Counted from the stretch's first letter, positions 23,298-33,271 are shown. The stretch is DNA of 34,274 bases from Miltoncostaeaceae bacterium (GCA_035259345.1 DATFWK010000097.1:1-34274); one strand, 5' to 3'. Numbers and translations are program-made. Notes: a model not told the origin generated them from the letters alone.

Positions 23298-23966
23298 ATG
23301 GACGGTCGTCCACGCCAGCGGGCCCTGCCCGCCGCGCTCGCGCTCGTAGCCGTCGCCCTCTCCTCGGCCGCCGCCGTCGCGGCGCCGAGCGCGGCGTCGC
23401 TCGCCCGCGCCGACCGCCGGCTCGGTGCCGAGGAGGCGGCCCTGGACCGGTCCATGACCGCCCACCGCGCCTCGCTGCTCGAGGTGCGCCAGCGGATCGA
23501 CTCCCTTCAGCAGGGCTTCGCCGACCGTGCAGCGCTGGTCGACGGCGTCGTGGCGGACCTGCGCGCGCAGTCGCTGCCGGGGGTGCTCGGCGGGCTCGCC
23601 GAGGCCGCCCCGCCCGGGCGCGAGATCCTGGTTGCGGACCGCCGGCGGATCGCCCGTCTCTCGCGCGCGGAGGCGACCCTCCTGCGCCGCTCCAGCGCGC
23701 TTGCGGGCCGCCAGGAGCGCCGCGGGGTCCAGCGGGCCCTGGTCGACGCCGGCCTCGCGAAGGCACGGGCCCGGGAGGCGGCCCAGGCCGCGGCCCGAAA
23801 GCGCGCGGAGGCCCGCCGGGCGGCCGCGGCCGCGCGTGCCGCCGCGCTCGCCCCGAACCGGACCGGCCCGGCGCCACCGCCCCCGAGCTACCGCCCTGCG
23901 CCGACGGCGCGGACGATCGAGCCGGGCCTGCCGGCCGACGTCATCGCTCGCCGCCTGCTGCGCTGA
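23298..23966 (+). CDS. Secreted Ala/Arg-rich coiled-coil protein with Pro-rich C-terminus, function unknown
   Basis: AGGAGA lies upstream of ATG 23298. Signal-peptide-like N-terminus (RQRALPAALALVAVALSSAAAVAAPSA). The long helical heptad-like region (EEAALDRSMTAHRASLLEVRQRIDSLQQ...) is followed by APNRTGPAPPPPSYRPAP. Confidence 0.55.
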   Translation: MDGRPRQRALPAALALVAVALSSAAAVAAPSAASLARADRRLGAEEAALDRSMTAHRASLLEVRQRIDSLQQGFADRAALVDGVVADLRAQSLPGVLGGLAEAAPPGREILVADRRRIARLSRAEATLLRRSSALAGRQERRGVQRALVDAGLAKARAREAAQAAARKRAEARRAAAAARAAALAPNRTGPAPPPPSYRPAPTARTIEPGLPADVIARRLLR

Positions 23967-23983
23967 CCCGCCCGCCGGGCGGG
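23967..23983. terminator. Hairpin between convergent genes (candidate bidirectional terminator)
   Basis: CCCGCC-cgccg-GGCGGG starts immediately after the stop at 23964-23966 and lies 10 nt from the apt stop (23994-23996). Confidence 0.35.
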
Positions 23984-23993
23984 TCGTGCTCCA

Positions 23994-24545
23994 CTAGGCC
24001 GGCATGCCCTCGGGGACGTCCTCGCTGTCGTAGCTCACGAGCGAGAAGACGTCGTAGCCCGCGAGGCGCTCGCGCCCGGGCAGGAACGTCAGCTCGACGA
24101 CGAAGGCGATCCCGACGACGACGCCGCCGAGCTCCTCGACCAGCTCGCACTTGGCCTTGGCGGTGCCGCCGGTGGCCAGGAGGTCGTCGTGGACGAGCAC
24201 GCGCGCCCCCTCCGGGATCGCGTCGATGTGGAGCTCGATCGAGTCGGTCCCGTACTCGAGCGCGTACTCCCGGCTCAGGACGCGCCAGGGGAGCTTGCCC
24301 GGCTTGCGGGCGGCGGCGAAGCCGACCCCGAGCTCGTAGGCCACGGCGCCGCCAACGATGAACCCGCGCGCCTCGGCGCCGAGGACCACGTCCACCTCCC
24401 GCGGCCGGGCCCACTCGGCGATGCCGTCCACGCATGCCGCCATGCCCTGCGCGTCGGCGAACAGGGGCATCAGGTCGTAGAAGAGGATGCCCGGCTTCGG
24501 GTGGTTCGGGATCTTCCGGATCGCCGAGTCGATGTCGAAGGGCAC
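23994..24545 (-). CDS. apt: Adenine phosphoribosyltransferase
   Basis: IRKIPNHPKPGILFYDLMPLF, VVLGAEARGFIVGGAVAYELGVGF, RKPGKLP, and the PRPP-binding loop VLVHDDLLATGGTAKA. GTG start with AAAGGA 8 nt upstream. Confidence 0.93.
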   Translation of the reverse strand: MPFDIDSAIRKIPNHPKPGILFYDLMPLFADAQGMAACVDGIAEWARPREVDVVLGAEARGFIVGGAVAYELGVGFAAARKPGKLPWRVLSREYALEYGTDSIELHIDAIPEGARVLVHDDLLATGGTAKAKCELVEELGGVVVGIAFVVELTFLPGRERLAGYDVFSLVSYDSEDVPEGMPA

Positions 24546-24586
24546 GCCGTGTCCTTTCGTCGGGGGTCCGGTGCCGGGCCGGCCGG

Positions 24587-25306
24587 TCAGGGGGCGACGA
24601 TCTTCCTGAGCTCCGAGACCAGCATGAGGTGGCGCATGTGCGAGGCCAGGGCGGCCAGGTTCTCGAGCTCGGTGAGGGCCTCGCGGCGGCGGTCCGGGTT
24701 CTTGGAGCGAAGGCCCGCCGCGAGCACCTGCTCCAGGAGGCCGGCCTCGCGCTCGGCCGCGACGCGGAAGAGCCGCAGGTGGCGCGCCTCTACCCCGAAC
24801 GCCGCGAGCTCGAGCGCGGTCTGCACGGTCTCGCGGTCCGTCTCGTCGTACCCCTGGCCCTCGTGGCCGCCGATGAGCCCGAACTGCTCGAGCGACTGGA
24901 CCAGCGACGCCGGCGCGTCGGTGGAGTCGATGAGCTCCTCCGCGCTGATGCGCGCGCTCGGCGGCGGCTCCGTGAGGTTCGCCCGCTTCAGCTGCCGCGC
25001 CTGGTTCACGACGCTGAAGCTGCCGCTGGCGGAGCTCTCGAGCTCCTGGCGTATCACGCGCAGCGGCAGGAACTCGTCGCGCTGGAGCCGCAGGATCATG
25101 CGCAGCCGCTCGACGTCGCGCGGCGAGTAGAGGCGGTACCCGCCGGGCGTGCGCTCCGGCGCGATCAGCCGCTGCTCCTCCAGGAAGCGGATCTTGGAGA
25201 TCGACACGGACGGGAACTCCGGCTTCAGGAGCTCGCAGACCCGCCCGATCGTGAGGGCCTTCTCCTCCGCGCCGGGCACGGCGCTCTCGGTGACGATCTC
25301 GCTCAT
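24587..25306 (-). CDS. MerR-family transcriptional regulator, FtsR/Rv1828-like
   Basis: LTIGRVCELLKPEFPSVSISKIRFLEEQRLIAPERTPGGYRLYSPRDVERLRMILRLQRDEFLPLRVIRQELE is the actinobacterial FtsR-type MerR HTH. The ATG (25304-25306) overlaps the TGA (25303-25305) of the FHA gene. Confidence 0.85.
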   Translation of the reverse strand: MSEIVTESAVPGAEEKALTIGRVCELLKPEFPSVSISKIRFLEEQRLIAPERTPGGYRLYSPRDVERLRMILRLQRDEFLPLRVIRQELESSASGSFSVVNQARQLKRANLTEPPPSARISAEELIDSTDAPASLVQSLEQFGLIGGHEGQGYDETDRETVQTALELAAFGVEARHLRLFRVAAEREAGLLEQVLAAGLRSKNPDRRREALTELENLAALASHMRHLMLVSELRKIVAP

Positions 25307-25761
25307 CCGGCGATGAAGGTCAGCCTGAACTTGCCGATCTGGAGCTCGTCGCCGTCGGCCAGGACCTCGTCCTCCTCGATGCGCCGCCGATTGACGTACG
25401 TTCCGTTCAGGCTGCCGAGGTCCTTCAGGACGACCGTGTCGTCGTTGCGGAAGACGACCGCGTGGTTGCGCGAGACCGTGACGTCGTCGAGGAAGATGTC
25501 GCTGTCGGGCGACCGCCCGATCGTCACCCAGCGGCCGACCGGGAAGATCTCGCCGGTCGGCCCGCCGCCCGAGCGGACGGCGAGCGTCGGCCCCTCCACG
25601 GCGACGCCACCGCTCCAGACGCCGGAGTCGGCCTCGGCGTCCCCGATCGCGAACGGGCCCGTGGTGTCCCCAACCTTGCCCTCGACGTGCAGCAGGGCAC
25701 CGCAACGCTCGCAGTAGTTGTGCGCCTCGCTCTGGTGGAACCCGCACTCGGGGCAGTACAT
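25303..25761 (-). CDS. FHA-domain protein with N-terminal zinc-ribbon
   Basis: MYCPECGFHQSEAHNYCERCG is a CxxC...CxxC ribbon. The C-terminal WVTIGRSPDSDIFLDDVTVSRNHAVVFRNDDTVVLKDLGSLNGTYVNRRRI carries the FHA signature G-R...S..H...N. Confidence 0.88.
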   Translation of the reverse strand: MYCPECGFHQSEAHNYCERCGALLHVEGKVGDTTGPFAIGDAEADSGVWSGGVAVEGPTLAVRSGGGPTGEIFPVGRWVTIGRSPDSDIFLDDVTVSRNHAVVFRNDDTVVLKDLGSLNGTYVNRRRIEEDEVLADGDELQIGKFRLTFIAG

Positions 25762-25793
25762 GCAAGGAGATTAGCCGATTCCGGCCCCAAGGC

Positions 25794-26333
25794 TCATGTG
25801 GAGGCTGAGACTCGCGCCCGCGGCCACACCGTGCGGGCGTAGTGGACCAGCGAGATCAGGCAGAGCGCGACGGCCGTCCAGAACAGGGCGTCGGCCCAGA
25901 TGGACGTGGTCAGCATCGCCAGGCCGGTGCCGCACATGGCGGTCGCCGAGCTCGCCTTGCCGAGCGCGTCAACTCTCAACGGGCGGCCGCGGCTGGCCAG
26001 CACCGCGAACGCGCCGACGGCGATCACGTCGCGCGCCAGGATGATCACCGGGCCGGGCCACGAGAAGCGCCCGAGCGCGATCAGGCCGACCAGGCCGGTC
26101 GCGAGCAGCAGCCGGTCCGCGAGCGGGTCGGCGATGCGCCCGAAGCGCGTACGCGCGTCGAGCAGGCGGGCGAGGTTGCCGTCAATGACGTCCGTGATCC
26201 CGATCACGCCGAAGCAGACGCCGGCGCGGATCGACGTCGGCCCGGGGTCCACCGCCACGAAGTACGCCAGCACCGGCAGGCCCAGGATCCGCAGGACGGT
26301 GATCGCGTTGGGGAGCCAGCGCAGGCGTCTCAT
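25794..26333 (-). CDS. pgsA: CDP-alcohol phosphatidyltransferase (PgsA-like phosphatidylglycerophosphate synthase)
   Basis: The motif D-G-x2-A-R-x8-G-x3-D-x3-D is present as DGNLARLLDARTRFGRIADPLADRL. The protein is 179 aa and multi-TM. Confidence 0.8.
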   Translation of the reverse strand: MRRLRWLPNAITVLRILGLPVLAYFVAVDPGPTSIRAGVCFGVIGITDVIDGNLARLLDARTRFGRIADPLADRLLLATGLVGLIALGRFSWPGPVIILARDVIAVGAFAVLASRGRPLRVDALGKASSATAMCGTGLAMLTTSIWADALFWTAVALCLISLVHYARTVWPRARVSAST

Positions 26334-26362
26334 CGCGACCCCTCGGCAGGTGCATCGCTCAG

Positions 26363-26436
26363 TCGGGGCGAGAGGATTCGAACCTCCGACCGCCCGGCCC
26401 CCAGCCGGGTGCGCTACCAGGCTGCGCCACGCCCCG
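26363..26436 (-). tRNA. tRNA-Pro (anticodon GGG)
   Basis: The reverse complement CGGGGCGTGGCGCAGCCTGGTAGCGCACCCGGCTGGGGGCCGGGCGGTCGGAGGTTCGAATCCTCTCGCCCCGA folds as a cloverleaf. Acceptor CGGGGCG/CGCCCCG, D-stem GCGC/GCGC, anticodon stem CCCGG/CCGGG with loop CU-GGG-GG (G37), and a T-loop TTCGAAT. The 3' CCA is not encoded. Confidence 0.93.
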
Positions 26437-26475
26437 TGGCCCGATCCAGGCTACCACAGGGCCCTGTCCCGGCCG

Positions 26476-28209
26476 TCAGCCTCGCAGCGGAAGCTCGTCC
26501 CAGAGCCGGCGGATCGCCGCCGCCGCGCCCTCGAGGGAAACCTCACGCTTCTCGCGGCCGCGGCGGACCTGCACCTCGACAGGCCCGTCCGGCAGCGTCC
26601 GCTTGCCGATCGTGACGCGCAGCGGGCAGCCGAGCAGCTCGGCCTCGACGAACTTCTCGCCGGGCGACATCCCCTCGCGGTCGTCGTAGAGCACCTCGAG
26701 CCCGGCCTCGCCCAGGTCGTCGACGAGGCGGTCCGCCAGCTCGGCCTGCGGCGAGCCCGGCTCGCCGATCAGCACGAGGTGGACGTCGAAGGGCGCCACG
26801 GACTTCGGCCAGACGATGCCGGCGTCGTCATGGGACTGCTCGATGACCGCGGCCGCGGTCCGCGCCGGGCCGATGCCGTAGGAGCCCATGTAGATGGGGC
26901 GCTCGATGCCGTCCTGGTCCAGGTAGGTGGCGCCGAGGGCCTCGGAGTAGCGGGTCCCGAGCTTGAAGATGTTGCCGACCTCGATCACGCGCTCCAGCTC
27001 GAGCGGGCGGTCGCCGATCGGGTCGCCCTCCCCCTCCAGCACCTCCCGGACGTCCGCCGTCTCGGCCTGGAAGTCCCGGCCCAGCACGACGCCGCGCAGG
27101 TGGACGCCGTCCCGGTTCGCGCCGGTCACGTAGTGGCCGCGCTCGATGGTCGCGTCGGCCACCACGCGGACCCGGTCGCCCAGCCCGACCGGACCGAGCG
27201 AGCCGGGCGACGCTCCGAACCACTCCCGGATCTCCTCCGGGTGGGCGGCGCGGTGGGGGCCGACGATGCGGGCGAGCTTCAGCTCGTTCAGCTGGTGCTC
27301 GCCGCGGACGATCGCGAGCACGGGGCCGGAGTCGGCGACCACGACGACGCTCTTCGCGAGCACGGCCGGGTCGAGCCCGGTGAAGTCGGCCAGCGCGGCG
27401 ATCGTCTCGATGCCCGGCGTGTCGAAGGCCTCGGGCGCATCCGGGGCCGGGCCGAACGCCGGCTCGCGCGGAATCGAGGAGGCCACTTCGACGTTCGCCG
27501 CATACCCGCTCTCGTCGTTCTTGGCGACGACGTTCTCCCCCACCTCCGCGGGCGCCATGAACTCGTGCGCGCCGGTCCCGCCCATCATCCCGGTGTCGCT
27601 CGCCACCTCGTACCAGCGCAGCCCGCAACGGTCGAAGATGCGGGCGTACGCGCGCGCGTGCGCCTGGTACGAGGCCTCGAGCCCGGCCTCGTCGCGGTCG
27701 AAGGAGTACGAGTCCTTCATCGTGAACTCTCGGACCCGCAGGACCCCGCTCTTGGGCCGCGGCTCGTCGCGCAGCTTGGTCTGCAGGTGGTACCAGCTCT
27801 GCGGCAGGTCCCGATAGCTGCGGATCTCGCGTGCGGCGTGCCAGGTGACGATCTCCTCGTGCGTCATCGCGAGCACCATGCGCCGGCCCGAGCGGTCCTC
27901 GAGGCGGAACTGCTCCGGCAGGCCGTAGCGGCCGGTCTCCTCCCAGATCTCCGCCGGGTGCATCACCGGCATCAGGATCTCCTGGGCGCCGATCGCGTCC
28001 ATCTCCTCCCGGATGATCCGTTCGATGCGGGCGATCGTGCGCAGGCCGAACGGCAGGAACGTGTAGAGGCCGGCCGCGAGCTGGCGCACCAGGCCCGCGC
28101 GCACCATCAGCTTGTGGCTGACCGCCTCGGCGTCCGCGGGCGGGTCGCGGAGCGTCGGCCACAGGCGCCCGGTGAGCCGCCACGCCCCCTTCCGGGGCGG
28201 GGCGGCCAT
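26476..28209 (-). CDS. proS: Proline--tRNA ligase (bacterial-type ProRS with editing domain)
   Basis: WPTLRDPPADAEAVSHKLMVRAGLVRQLAAGLYTFLPFGLR, class II motifs (RDEPRPKSGVLRVREFTMKDSYSF; GSYGIGPAR) and an INS/editing-domain-sized insert. 577 aa. Confidence 0.95.
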   Translation of the reverse strand: MAAPPRKGAWRLTGRLWPTLRDPPADAEAVSHKLMVRAGLVRQLAAGLYTFLPFGLRTIARIERIIREEMDAIGAQEILMPVMHPAEIWEETGRYGLPEQFRLEDRSGRRMVLAMTHEEIVTWHAAREIRSYRDLPQSWYHLQTKLRDEPRPKSGVLRVREFTMKDSYSFDRDEAGLEASYQAHARAYARIFDRCGLRWYEVASDTGMMGGTGAHEFMAPAEVGENVVAKNDESGYAANVEVASSIPREPAFGPAPDAPEAFDTPGIETIAALADFTGLDPAVLAKSVVVVADSGPVLAIVRGEHQLNELKLARIVGPHRAAHPEEIREWFGASPGSLGPVGLGDRVRVVADATIERGHYVTGANRDGVHLRGVVLGRDFQAETADVREVLEGEGDPIGDRPLELERVIEVGNIFKLGTRYSEALGATYLDQDGIERPIYMGSYGIGPARTAAAVIEQSHDDAGIVWPKSVAPFDVHLVLIGEPGSPQAELADRLVDDLGEAGLEVLYDDREGMSPGEKFVEAELLGCPLRVTIGKRTLPDGPVEVQVRRGREKREVSLEGAAAAIRRLWDELPLRG

Positions 28210-28219
28210 CCCCCACCCC

Positions 28220-29263
28220 TCAGGTGTCGCTTCGGCGCGGTCCGTCGGGGTGCTTGGGGTCGTAGTCGTCTCCGTCCTCGGGCTCGATGAAGATGCGGGT
28301 GGCGTCGGGCTCCGCGAGCGAGATCCGCCGCTCGGCCTCGTCGATCGTATCCTCTATCTCCTCGGCATCGAGATGGTCGGCGAACTCGACGTCCGCGGCC
28401 ACGAGGATCTCGTCCGGGCCGAGATGGACGGCGTCCAGGTCGAGCACGCGCTCCACGCCGGGCGTGCCCTCGATCGCCCGCCGGATTGCCGCGGTCTCGT
28501 CGGGCTCGGGCGAGCGCCCCAGGAGCAGCTTCCGGCTCTGGGCCGCGAGGATGACGGCGATCGCGCCGAGCAGCACGCCGATCGCGATCGAGGCCCCGCC
28601 GTCCCAGGCGTTGTTGTCGGTGGCCTGGGTCAGGGCGATACCGATCGCGGCGATCGCGAGGCCGACCAGTGCCGTCGTGTCCTCGAAGAGCGCGGTCTTC
28701 GAGGTGGGATCGCGCGAGCGGCTGATGAACTCGAAGAGCCCGCGGCCCTCCGCCCGCGCGCTGGCGCGGAAGTGGTGCACGGCGTACGTGAGCGCGGTGG
28801 CCTCGAACACCGCCGCGAACGCCAGCGACAGGTATGCGATGCCGGCGTGGTCGAGCTTCCCGCCGCCTTCCGAGATCTTCGCGGCGCCCTCGACGACGCT
28901 GAAGGTGCCGCCGATCGAGAAGATCAGGACGGCCGAGACGAAGCCCCAGAAGAAGCGCTCGCGCCCGTAGCCCATCGGGTGGTCCTCGTCCGCGACGCGG
29001 GCGGCGAGGGCGATGGAGAGCAGCAGGAGCCCCTGGTTGACAGTGTCCGCCACGGAGTGGGCGAACTCGGCGTAGAGGGCGCTCGAGCTCGAGATGATGG
29101 CCGCGGTGAGCTTGACGACCGCGACCAGGGCGTTGCCGATGAGCGCGGCCCAGACGACCCTTCGCGCGTCGACCCCACGACGGGCCCTCGCGAACGTTGC
29201 GGTTGCCGGCGCCGCCAGCGGTAGGGGCGCCGTGCGAGTACTTCGGGGAGGGTCCTCGTTCAC
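28220..29263 (-). CDS. Cation diffusion facilitator (CDF) family divalent-metal efflux transporter
   Basis: [38 protein letters not shown] (TM1-2 with HxxxD), [14 protein letters not shown], and a C-terminal cytoplasmic domain ([26 protein letters not shown]). The GTG 29261-29263 overlaps the ispG TGA (29260-29262). Confidence 0.82.
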   Translation of the reverse strand: MNEDPPRSTRTAPLPLAAPATATFARARRGVDARRVVWAALIGNALVAVVKLTAAIISSSSALYAEFAHSVADTVNQGLLLLSIALAARVADEDHPMGYGRERFFWGFVSAVLIFSIGGTFSVVEGAAKISEGGGKLDHAGIAYLSLAFAAVFEATALTYAVHHFRASARAEGRGLFEFISRSRDPTSKTALFEDTTALVGLAIAAIGIALTQATDNNAWDGGASIAIGVLLGAIAVILAAQSRKLLLGRSPEPDETAAIRRAIEGTPGVERVLDLDAVHLGPDEILVAADVEFADHLDAEEIEDTIDEAERRISLAEPDATRIFIEPEDGDDYDPKHPDGPRRSDT

Positions 29264-30522
29264 CCGCGCGGCAGGGTAGCAGTCCTCTCGGCGGACGCGC
29301 CGCTGCCCGGTGGATACCGCCGCTCCACGTATTCCTCGACCATCCGCATGAAGTCGTCGGCCAGCGACGCCCCCTCGAGCGTGACGACCTTCTCGCCGTC
29401 CACGTACACCGGCGCGCGGGGCTCCTCGCCCGTGCCGGGCAGGCTGATGCCGATGTCGGCGGCCCGGCTCTCGCCCGGGCCGTTGACGATGCAGCCCATC
29501 ACCGCGACGCGCAGCTCCGCCGCGCCCGGGCGCTCGCTGCGCCAGGCCGTCATGCGCTCCTCGAGGCGCGACTCGATGCGCTGCGCCAGCTCCTGGAAGA
29601 CCGTGCTGGTCGTGCGCCCGCAGCCCGGGCAGGCCGTCACCTGCGGGCGGAACGAGCGCAGGCCGAGGCTCTGGAGCACGTCCAGGCACACCCGCACCTC
29701 GAGCGCGCGGTCCCCGCCGGGCTCCGGGGTGAGGCTGGCGCGGATGGTGTCGCCGACCCCCTCCTGGAGCAGCACCCCCAGCGCCGCGGCGGTCGAGACG
29801 ATGCCCTTGCTGCCCATCCCCGCCTCGGTCAGGCCGAGGTGGAGCGGGTAGTCGCATCGCAGGGCCAGCTCGCGGTAGGCGGCGATCATCTCCGGCAGGC
29901 GGCTGGCCTTGCAGGAGAGGACGATGCGGTCGTGCGGGAGGCCGATCTCCTCCGCGGCGGCGGCCGAGCGCAGCGCGCTCTCGACCATCGCCTCGCGCAC
30001 CACCGCCTCCGCGCTGGCGGGCTCGGCGCGGCGCGCGTTGGCCTCCATCAGCCCGTCCAGCAGCTCCGGGTCGAGCGAGCCGGCGTTCACGCCGATGCGG
30101 ATCGGCTTGGCGTGGTCGATGGCCGCCTGGATCACGGCGGCGAAGTTCGCGTCGTGGCGCGCCCCGCGCCCGACGTTGCCCGGGTTGACGCGCAGCTTGT
30201 CGAGGGCCTCGGCGGCATCAGGGAACTCCCGCAGCAGCGTGTGGCCGTTGTAGTGGAAGTCCCCCACGAGGGGCACGTCCACACCGTGCTCGTCGCGGAG
30301 GCGCTCGCGGATCTCCGACACGCGGGCGGCCGAGGCTCGGTTGTTGACCGTGATACGGACGATCTCGGAGCCCGCCAGCGCGAGCTCGGCCACCTGCCGC
30401 GCCGTGCCCGGCGCGTCCGCCGTGTCGGTGTTCGTCATCGACTGGACGACCACCGGTGCGCCGCCCCCCATCTGGACGTCACCGACCATGCAGCCCACCG
30501 AGCCACGGCGCTCGCCGCTCAC
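29260..30522 (-). CDS. ispG: 4-hydroxy-3-methylbut-2-en-1-yl diphosphate synthase (IspG/GcpE)
   Basis: [53 protein letters not shown], the Cys ligands CPGCGRT and GCIVNGPGE. The GTG 30520-30522 overlaps the rseP TGA. ATG 30489 is an alternative start. Confidence 0.93.
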   Translation of the reverse strand: MSGERRGSVGCMVGDVQMGGGAPVVVQSMTNTDTADAPGTARQVAELALAGSEIVRITVNNRASAARVSEIRERLRDEHGVDVPLVGDFHYNGHTLLREFPDAAEALDKLRVNPGNVGRGARHDANFAAVIQAAIDHAKPIRIGVNAGSLDPELLDGLMEANARRAEPASAEAVVREAMVESALRSAAAAEEIGLPHDRIVLSCKASRLPEMIAAYRELALRCDYPLHLGLTEAGMGSKGIVSTAAALGVLLQEGVGDTIRASLTPEPGGDRALEVRVCLDVLQSLGLRSFRPQVTACPGCGRTTSTVFQELAQRIESRLEERMTAWRSERPGAAELRVAVMGCIVNGPGESRAADIGISLPGTGEEPRAPVYVDGEKVVTLEGASLADDFMRMVEEYVERRYPPGSGASAERTATLPRG

Positions 30523-31652
30523 GGCGTGAAGCCGCTCCCGGTCAGCCGTCCGATGTCGTTGTTGAGGGCGTACACGAACAGGATCGCGAGGATCGCGAGG
30601 CCGACGAAGGAGGCCCGCTCGAAGCTGGCACGGGGCGTGGGCCGCCCGCGCACCTTCTCGATGATCGCGAAGAGGATGTGGCCGCCGTCGAGCGGCAGCA
30701 GCGGGATCAGGTTCATGATCGCGAGGATCAGGCTCAGGATCCCGATGAAGCGGAGCACGGTCGTCGCGCCCTGGTTCGACGCGTCGTTGTAGATCGCGCC
30801 GATGCCGACGACCGAGGAGACCTCGCCCCTCGCCTTCTGGCTCGTGAACAGGCGCCCGAGGCCCTTCACCTGCTCGGTCACCAGGAAGCGCGAGTAGTCC
30901 CCGGCCTCGCGGATGCCGCCGACGAAGCCGAACGACTGCTTCGGCCCGGCCACCTGGTCGAACGCGAACCCGAGCCGCCCGACCGTGCGGCCGTCCGGGT
31001 CGGTCGCCCGCGTGAGCGGCGGCGACGTGCGCTCGAACACGTCGTTCCCGCGCCGGAACGTCACCCGGACGCGCTCGCCCGGGTGCGACTGGAGCTCGGT
31101 GCGCACCCGCGAGAGGTCGCCGGTGGCGGCGACGCCGTTCACGGACACCAGCCGGTCGCCGGGCTGGAGCCCGACGGCGGCCGCCGGCGTGCCGGTGCCG
31201 ACGGCGGCGACGCGGTTGGTGTCCACGCCGATCGGGATGCCGTACCAGAAGACCGCCGCGAACAGGAGGAACGCGACGATGATGTTGACCGCCGGGCCGG
31301 CGAAGATCGTCGCGATCTTGGCCCAGGTCGGCTTCGCGTAGTAGGCGCCCGCCTCCACCTCGGGCGAGGGCGGGATGCGCCGCACCACCTCCCCCGTGCG
31401 CTCGTCGCGGACCTCCTCGACGAGCTCCTCCCGGGTCATCCCGGTGATCTTCACGTAGCCGCCGGCGGGGATCCATCCGATGCGGTATTCGGTTCCGCCC
31501 CGGCGGAAACGGGCGAGCGGGCGCCCGAAGAAGATCGAGAACCGCTCGACGCGCATCCCGCAGGCCTTGGCGACGACCATGTGCCCGGCCTCGTGGAGGA
31601 GGACCAGGGCCATCAGGACGCCGATGAAGGCGACGACGTTGACGCCGCTCAC
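30519..31652 (-). CDS. rseP: RIP metalloprotease RseP/Rip1 (site-2 protease, peptidase M50 with PDZ domain)
   Basis: [24 protein letters not shown] (HExxH), [14 protein letters not shown], a PDZ-like [17 protein letters not shown], and C-terminal [12 protein letters not shown] (NxxPxxxLDG). The GTG 31650-31652 overlaps the dxr TGA. Confidence 0.9.
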   Translation of the reverse strand: MSGVNVVAFIGVLMALVLLHEAGHMVVAKACGMRVERFSIFFGRPLARFRRGGTEYRIGWIPAGGYVKITGMTREELVEEVRDERTGEVVRRIPPSPEVEAGAYYAKPTWAKIATIFAGPAVNIIVAFLLFAAVFWYGIPIGVDTNRVAAVGTGTPAAAVGLQPGDRLVSVNGVAATGDLSRVRTELQSHPGERVRVTFRRGNDVFERTSPPLTRATDPDGRTVGRLGFAFDQVAGPKQSFGFVGGIREAGDYSRFLVTEQVKGLGRLFTSQKARGEVSSVVGIGAIYNDASNQGATTVLRFIGILSLILAIMNLIPLLPLDGGHILFAIIEKVRGRPTPRASFERASFVGLAILAILFVYALNNDIGRLTGSGFTP

Positions 31653-32755
31653 GCCCGCACCTCGAGCAGCGCGCCGGCAGCAGCCCGCGCCGCGGCGTCG
31701 GCCTCGGCCACCGCAGCGAGCGCGTCCGCGGGTCCCTGCGGGACCTCGGCGAGCGCGTGCTCGACCAGGGCCGGGATCTCCGTGAAGGCCACCCGGCCGT
31801 CCAGGAAGGCGGCCACCGCGACCTCGTTGGCGGCGTTCAGCACGGCCGGCGCCGTGCCGCCCGCCCGCCCGGCCTCGCGGGCCAGCGGGAGGCAGCGGAA
31901 GGCCTCCTCGTCGGGCGCCTCGAACTGGAGCGTGCGGCCGACCAGGTCCGCCGGCGGCGCCGGCGGGGGCGGGTCCGGCCAGCGCAGCGCGTAGCCGATC
32001 GGCACGCGCATGTCCGGAGGGCCGCAGTGGGCCAGCAGGCTTCCGTCCTCGAGCCGGACGAGCGCGTGGACGAGCGACTGGGGGTGGACGACGACCTCGA
32101 TGCGGTCGTAGGGCATGCCGAAGAGGTGATGCGCCTCGATCAGCTCGAGCCCCTTGTTCATCAGCGTCGCCGAGTCGATCGTGATCTTCGCGCCCATGTT
32201 CCACGTGGGGTGCGCGAGTGCCTGCTCAGGCGTGACGCCCTCGAGCTCGTCCGCGGTCCGCCCCCGGAACGGGCCCCCCGAGGCGGTCAGCACGGCGGCC
32301 TCGACCCGCTCGGGCGCCACGCCGGCCAGCAGCTGGAAGAGCGCGGAGTGCTCCGAGTCCACCGGCACCAGGCCGGCGCCGGTGCGCGCGCGCACCTCCG
32401 CCACCAGCTCGCCGCCGACGACCAGGCTCTCCTTGTTCGCGAGCGCAACCGGCACGCCGCGCTCGAGCGCGGCGAGCGTCGGCCGCAGACCCGCCGCACC
32501 GACGAGGCCGTTGAGCACGAGGTCCGGCTGGCTCGCCTCGATGAGCCCGGCCAGGTCGGGATCATGCGGCACGGTGCCGCCGCCCTCGGCGGCCGCCGTG
32601 TGGGCGACGCCACGGGCCGCGGCCTGGGCGGCCATCTCCGCGACCCGCCCGCCGCAGGCCAGCCCCGCGCAGCACAGGTCGTCCGCGCCGTCGATGACCT
32701 CGAGGGCCTGGACGCCGATGGAGCCGGTACAACCGAGGACGAGCACGCGCTTCAC
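31649..32755 (-). CDS. dxr: 1-deoxy-D-xylulose 5-phosphate reductoisomerase
   Basis: [21 protein letters not shown] (NADPH-binding GSTGSIG variant), [53 protein letters not shown]. Confidence 0.95.
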   Translation of the reverse strand: MKRVLVLGCTGSIGVQALEVIDGADDLCCAGLACGGRVAEMAAQAAARGVAHTAAAEGGGTVPHDPDLAGLIEASQPDLVLNGLVGAAGLRPTLAALERGVPVALANKESLVVGGELVAEVRARTGAGLVPVDSEHSALFQLLAGVAPERVEAAVLTASGGPFRGRTADELEGVTPEQALAHPTWNMGAKITIDSATLMNKGLELIEAHHLFGMPYDRIEVVVHPQSLVHALVRLEDGSLLAHCGPPDMRVPIGYALRWPDPPPPAPPADLVGRTLQFEAPDEEAFRCLPLAREAGRAGGTAPAVLNAANEVAVAAFLDGRVAFTEIPALVEHALAEVPQGPADALAAVAEADAAARAAAGALLEVRA

Positions 32756-32832
32756 GACCTACCGAGTGTAGACGGCCCACCCCCACCGGGCCGAGGCGAG
32801 CGGCCCGGGCGGCGGTCGACTAGTCTCCCGCC

Positions 32833-33258
32833 GTGGCGCGGATCTCGAAGGACACGAAGGTCGAGGCGCTCTCGCGGGCACCCCTCTTCGAGGGGCTCTC
32901 GCGCAAGGAGCTCCAGGAGATCGCGCGCGGCTCGGAGGACATGGACGTGGAGCCCGGCAGGGTCCTCTGCCGCGAGGGCGGGCTCGGCCAGGAGTTCTTC
33001 GTCATCACCGAGGGCGAGGCCGAGGTCCGCCGCAAGGGACGGCGGCGCGGCGTGCTCGGCCCGGGGGACTTCTTCGGCGAGATCGCGCTGATCGACCGCT
33101 CGCCGCGGACGGCGACCGTCACCGCGACGACGCCCCTGCGCTTCTTCGTGCTGACGCGCAGGACGTTCCTGTCGCTCCTCGACGACAACCCCGCCGTCGA
33201 GCGCAAGATCCTGCGCACCCTCGCGCGCCGGGCGCTCTCCGACTCCGGCAGCGCCTGA
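32833..33258 (+). CDS. Stand-alone cyclic-nucleotide-binding (cNMP/CAP effector) domain protein
   Basis: PLFEGLSRKELQEIARGSEDMDVEPGRVLCREGGLGQEFFVITEGEAEV...GPGDFFGEIALIDRSPRTATVTA is the canonical cNMP-binding beta-roll with the FGE..L....PR.A.V phosphate-binding cassette. There is no DNA-binding domain (141 aa). GTG start. Confidence 0.85.
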   Translation: MARISKDTKVEALSRAPLFEGLSRKELQEIARGSEDMDVEPGRVLCREGGLGQEFFVITEGEAEVRRKGRRRGVLGPGDFFGEIALIDRSPRTATVTATTPLRFFVLTRRTFLSLLDDNPAVERKILRTLARRALSDSGSA

Positions 33259-33271
33259 GCCGGGCCCAGCG

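Noticed and set aside
25762-25800. Plus-strand AAGGAG (25764-25769) in the pgsA-FHA spacer, which might start a hidden plus-strand gene
   Set aside because: The nearest plus-strand ATG (25796) is 26 nt away and opens only an Arg/Pro-rich shadow ORF antisense to pgsA. On the minus strand the same bases read CTCCTT, so this appears coincidental.
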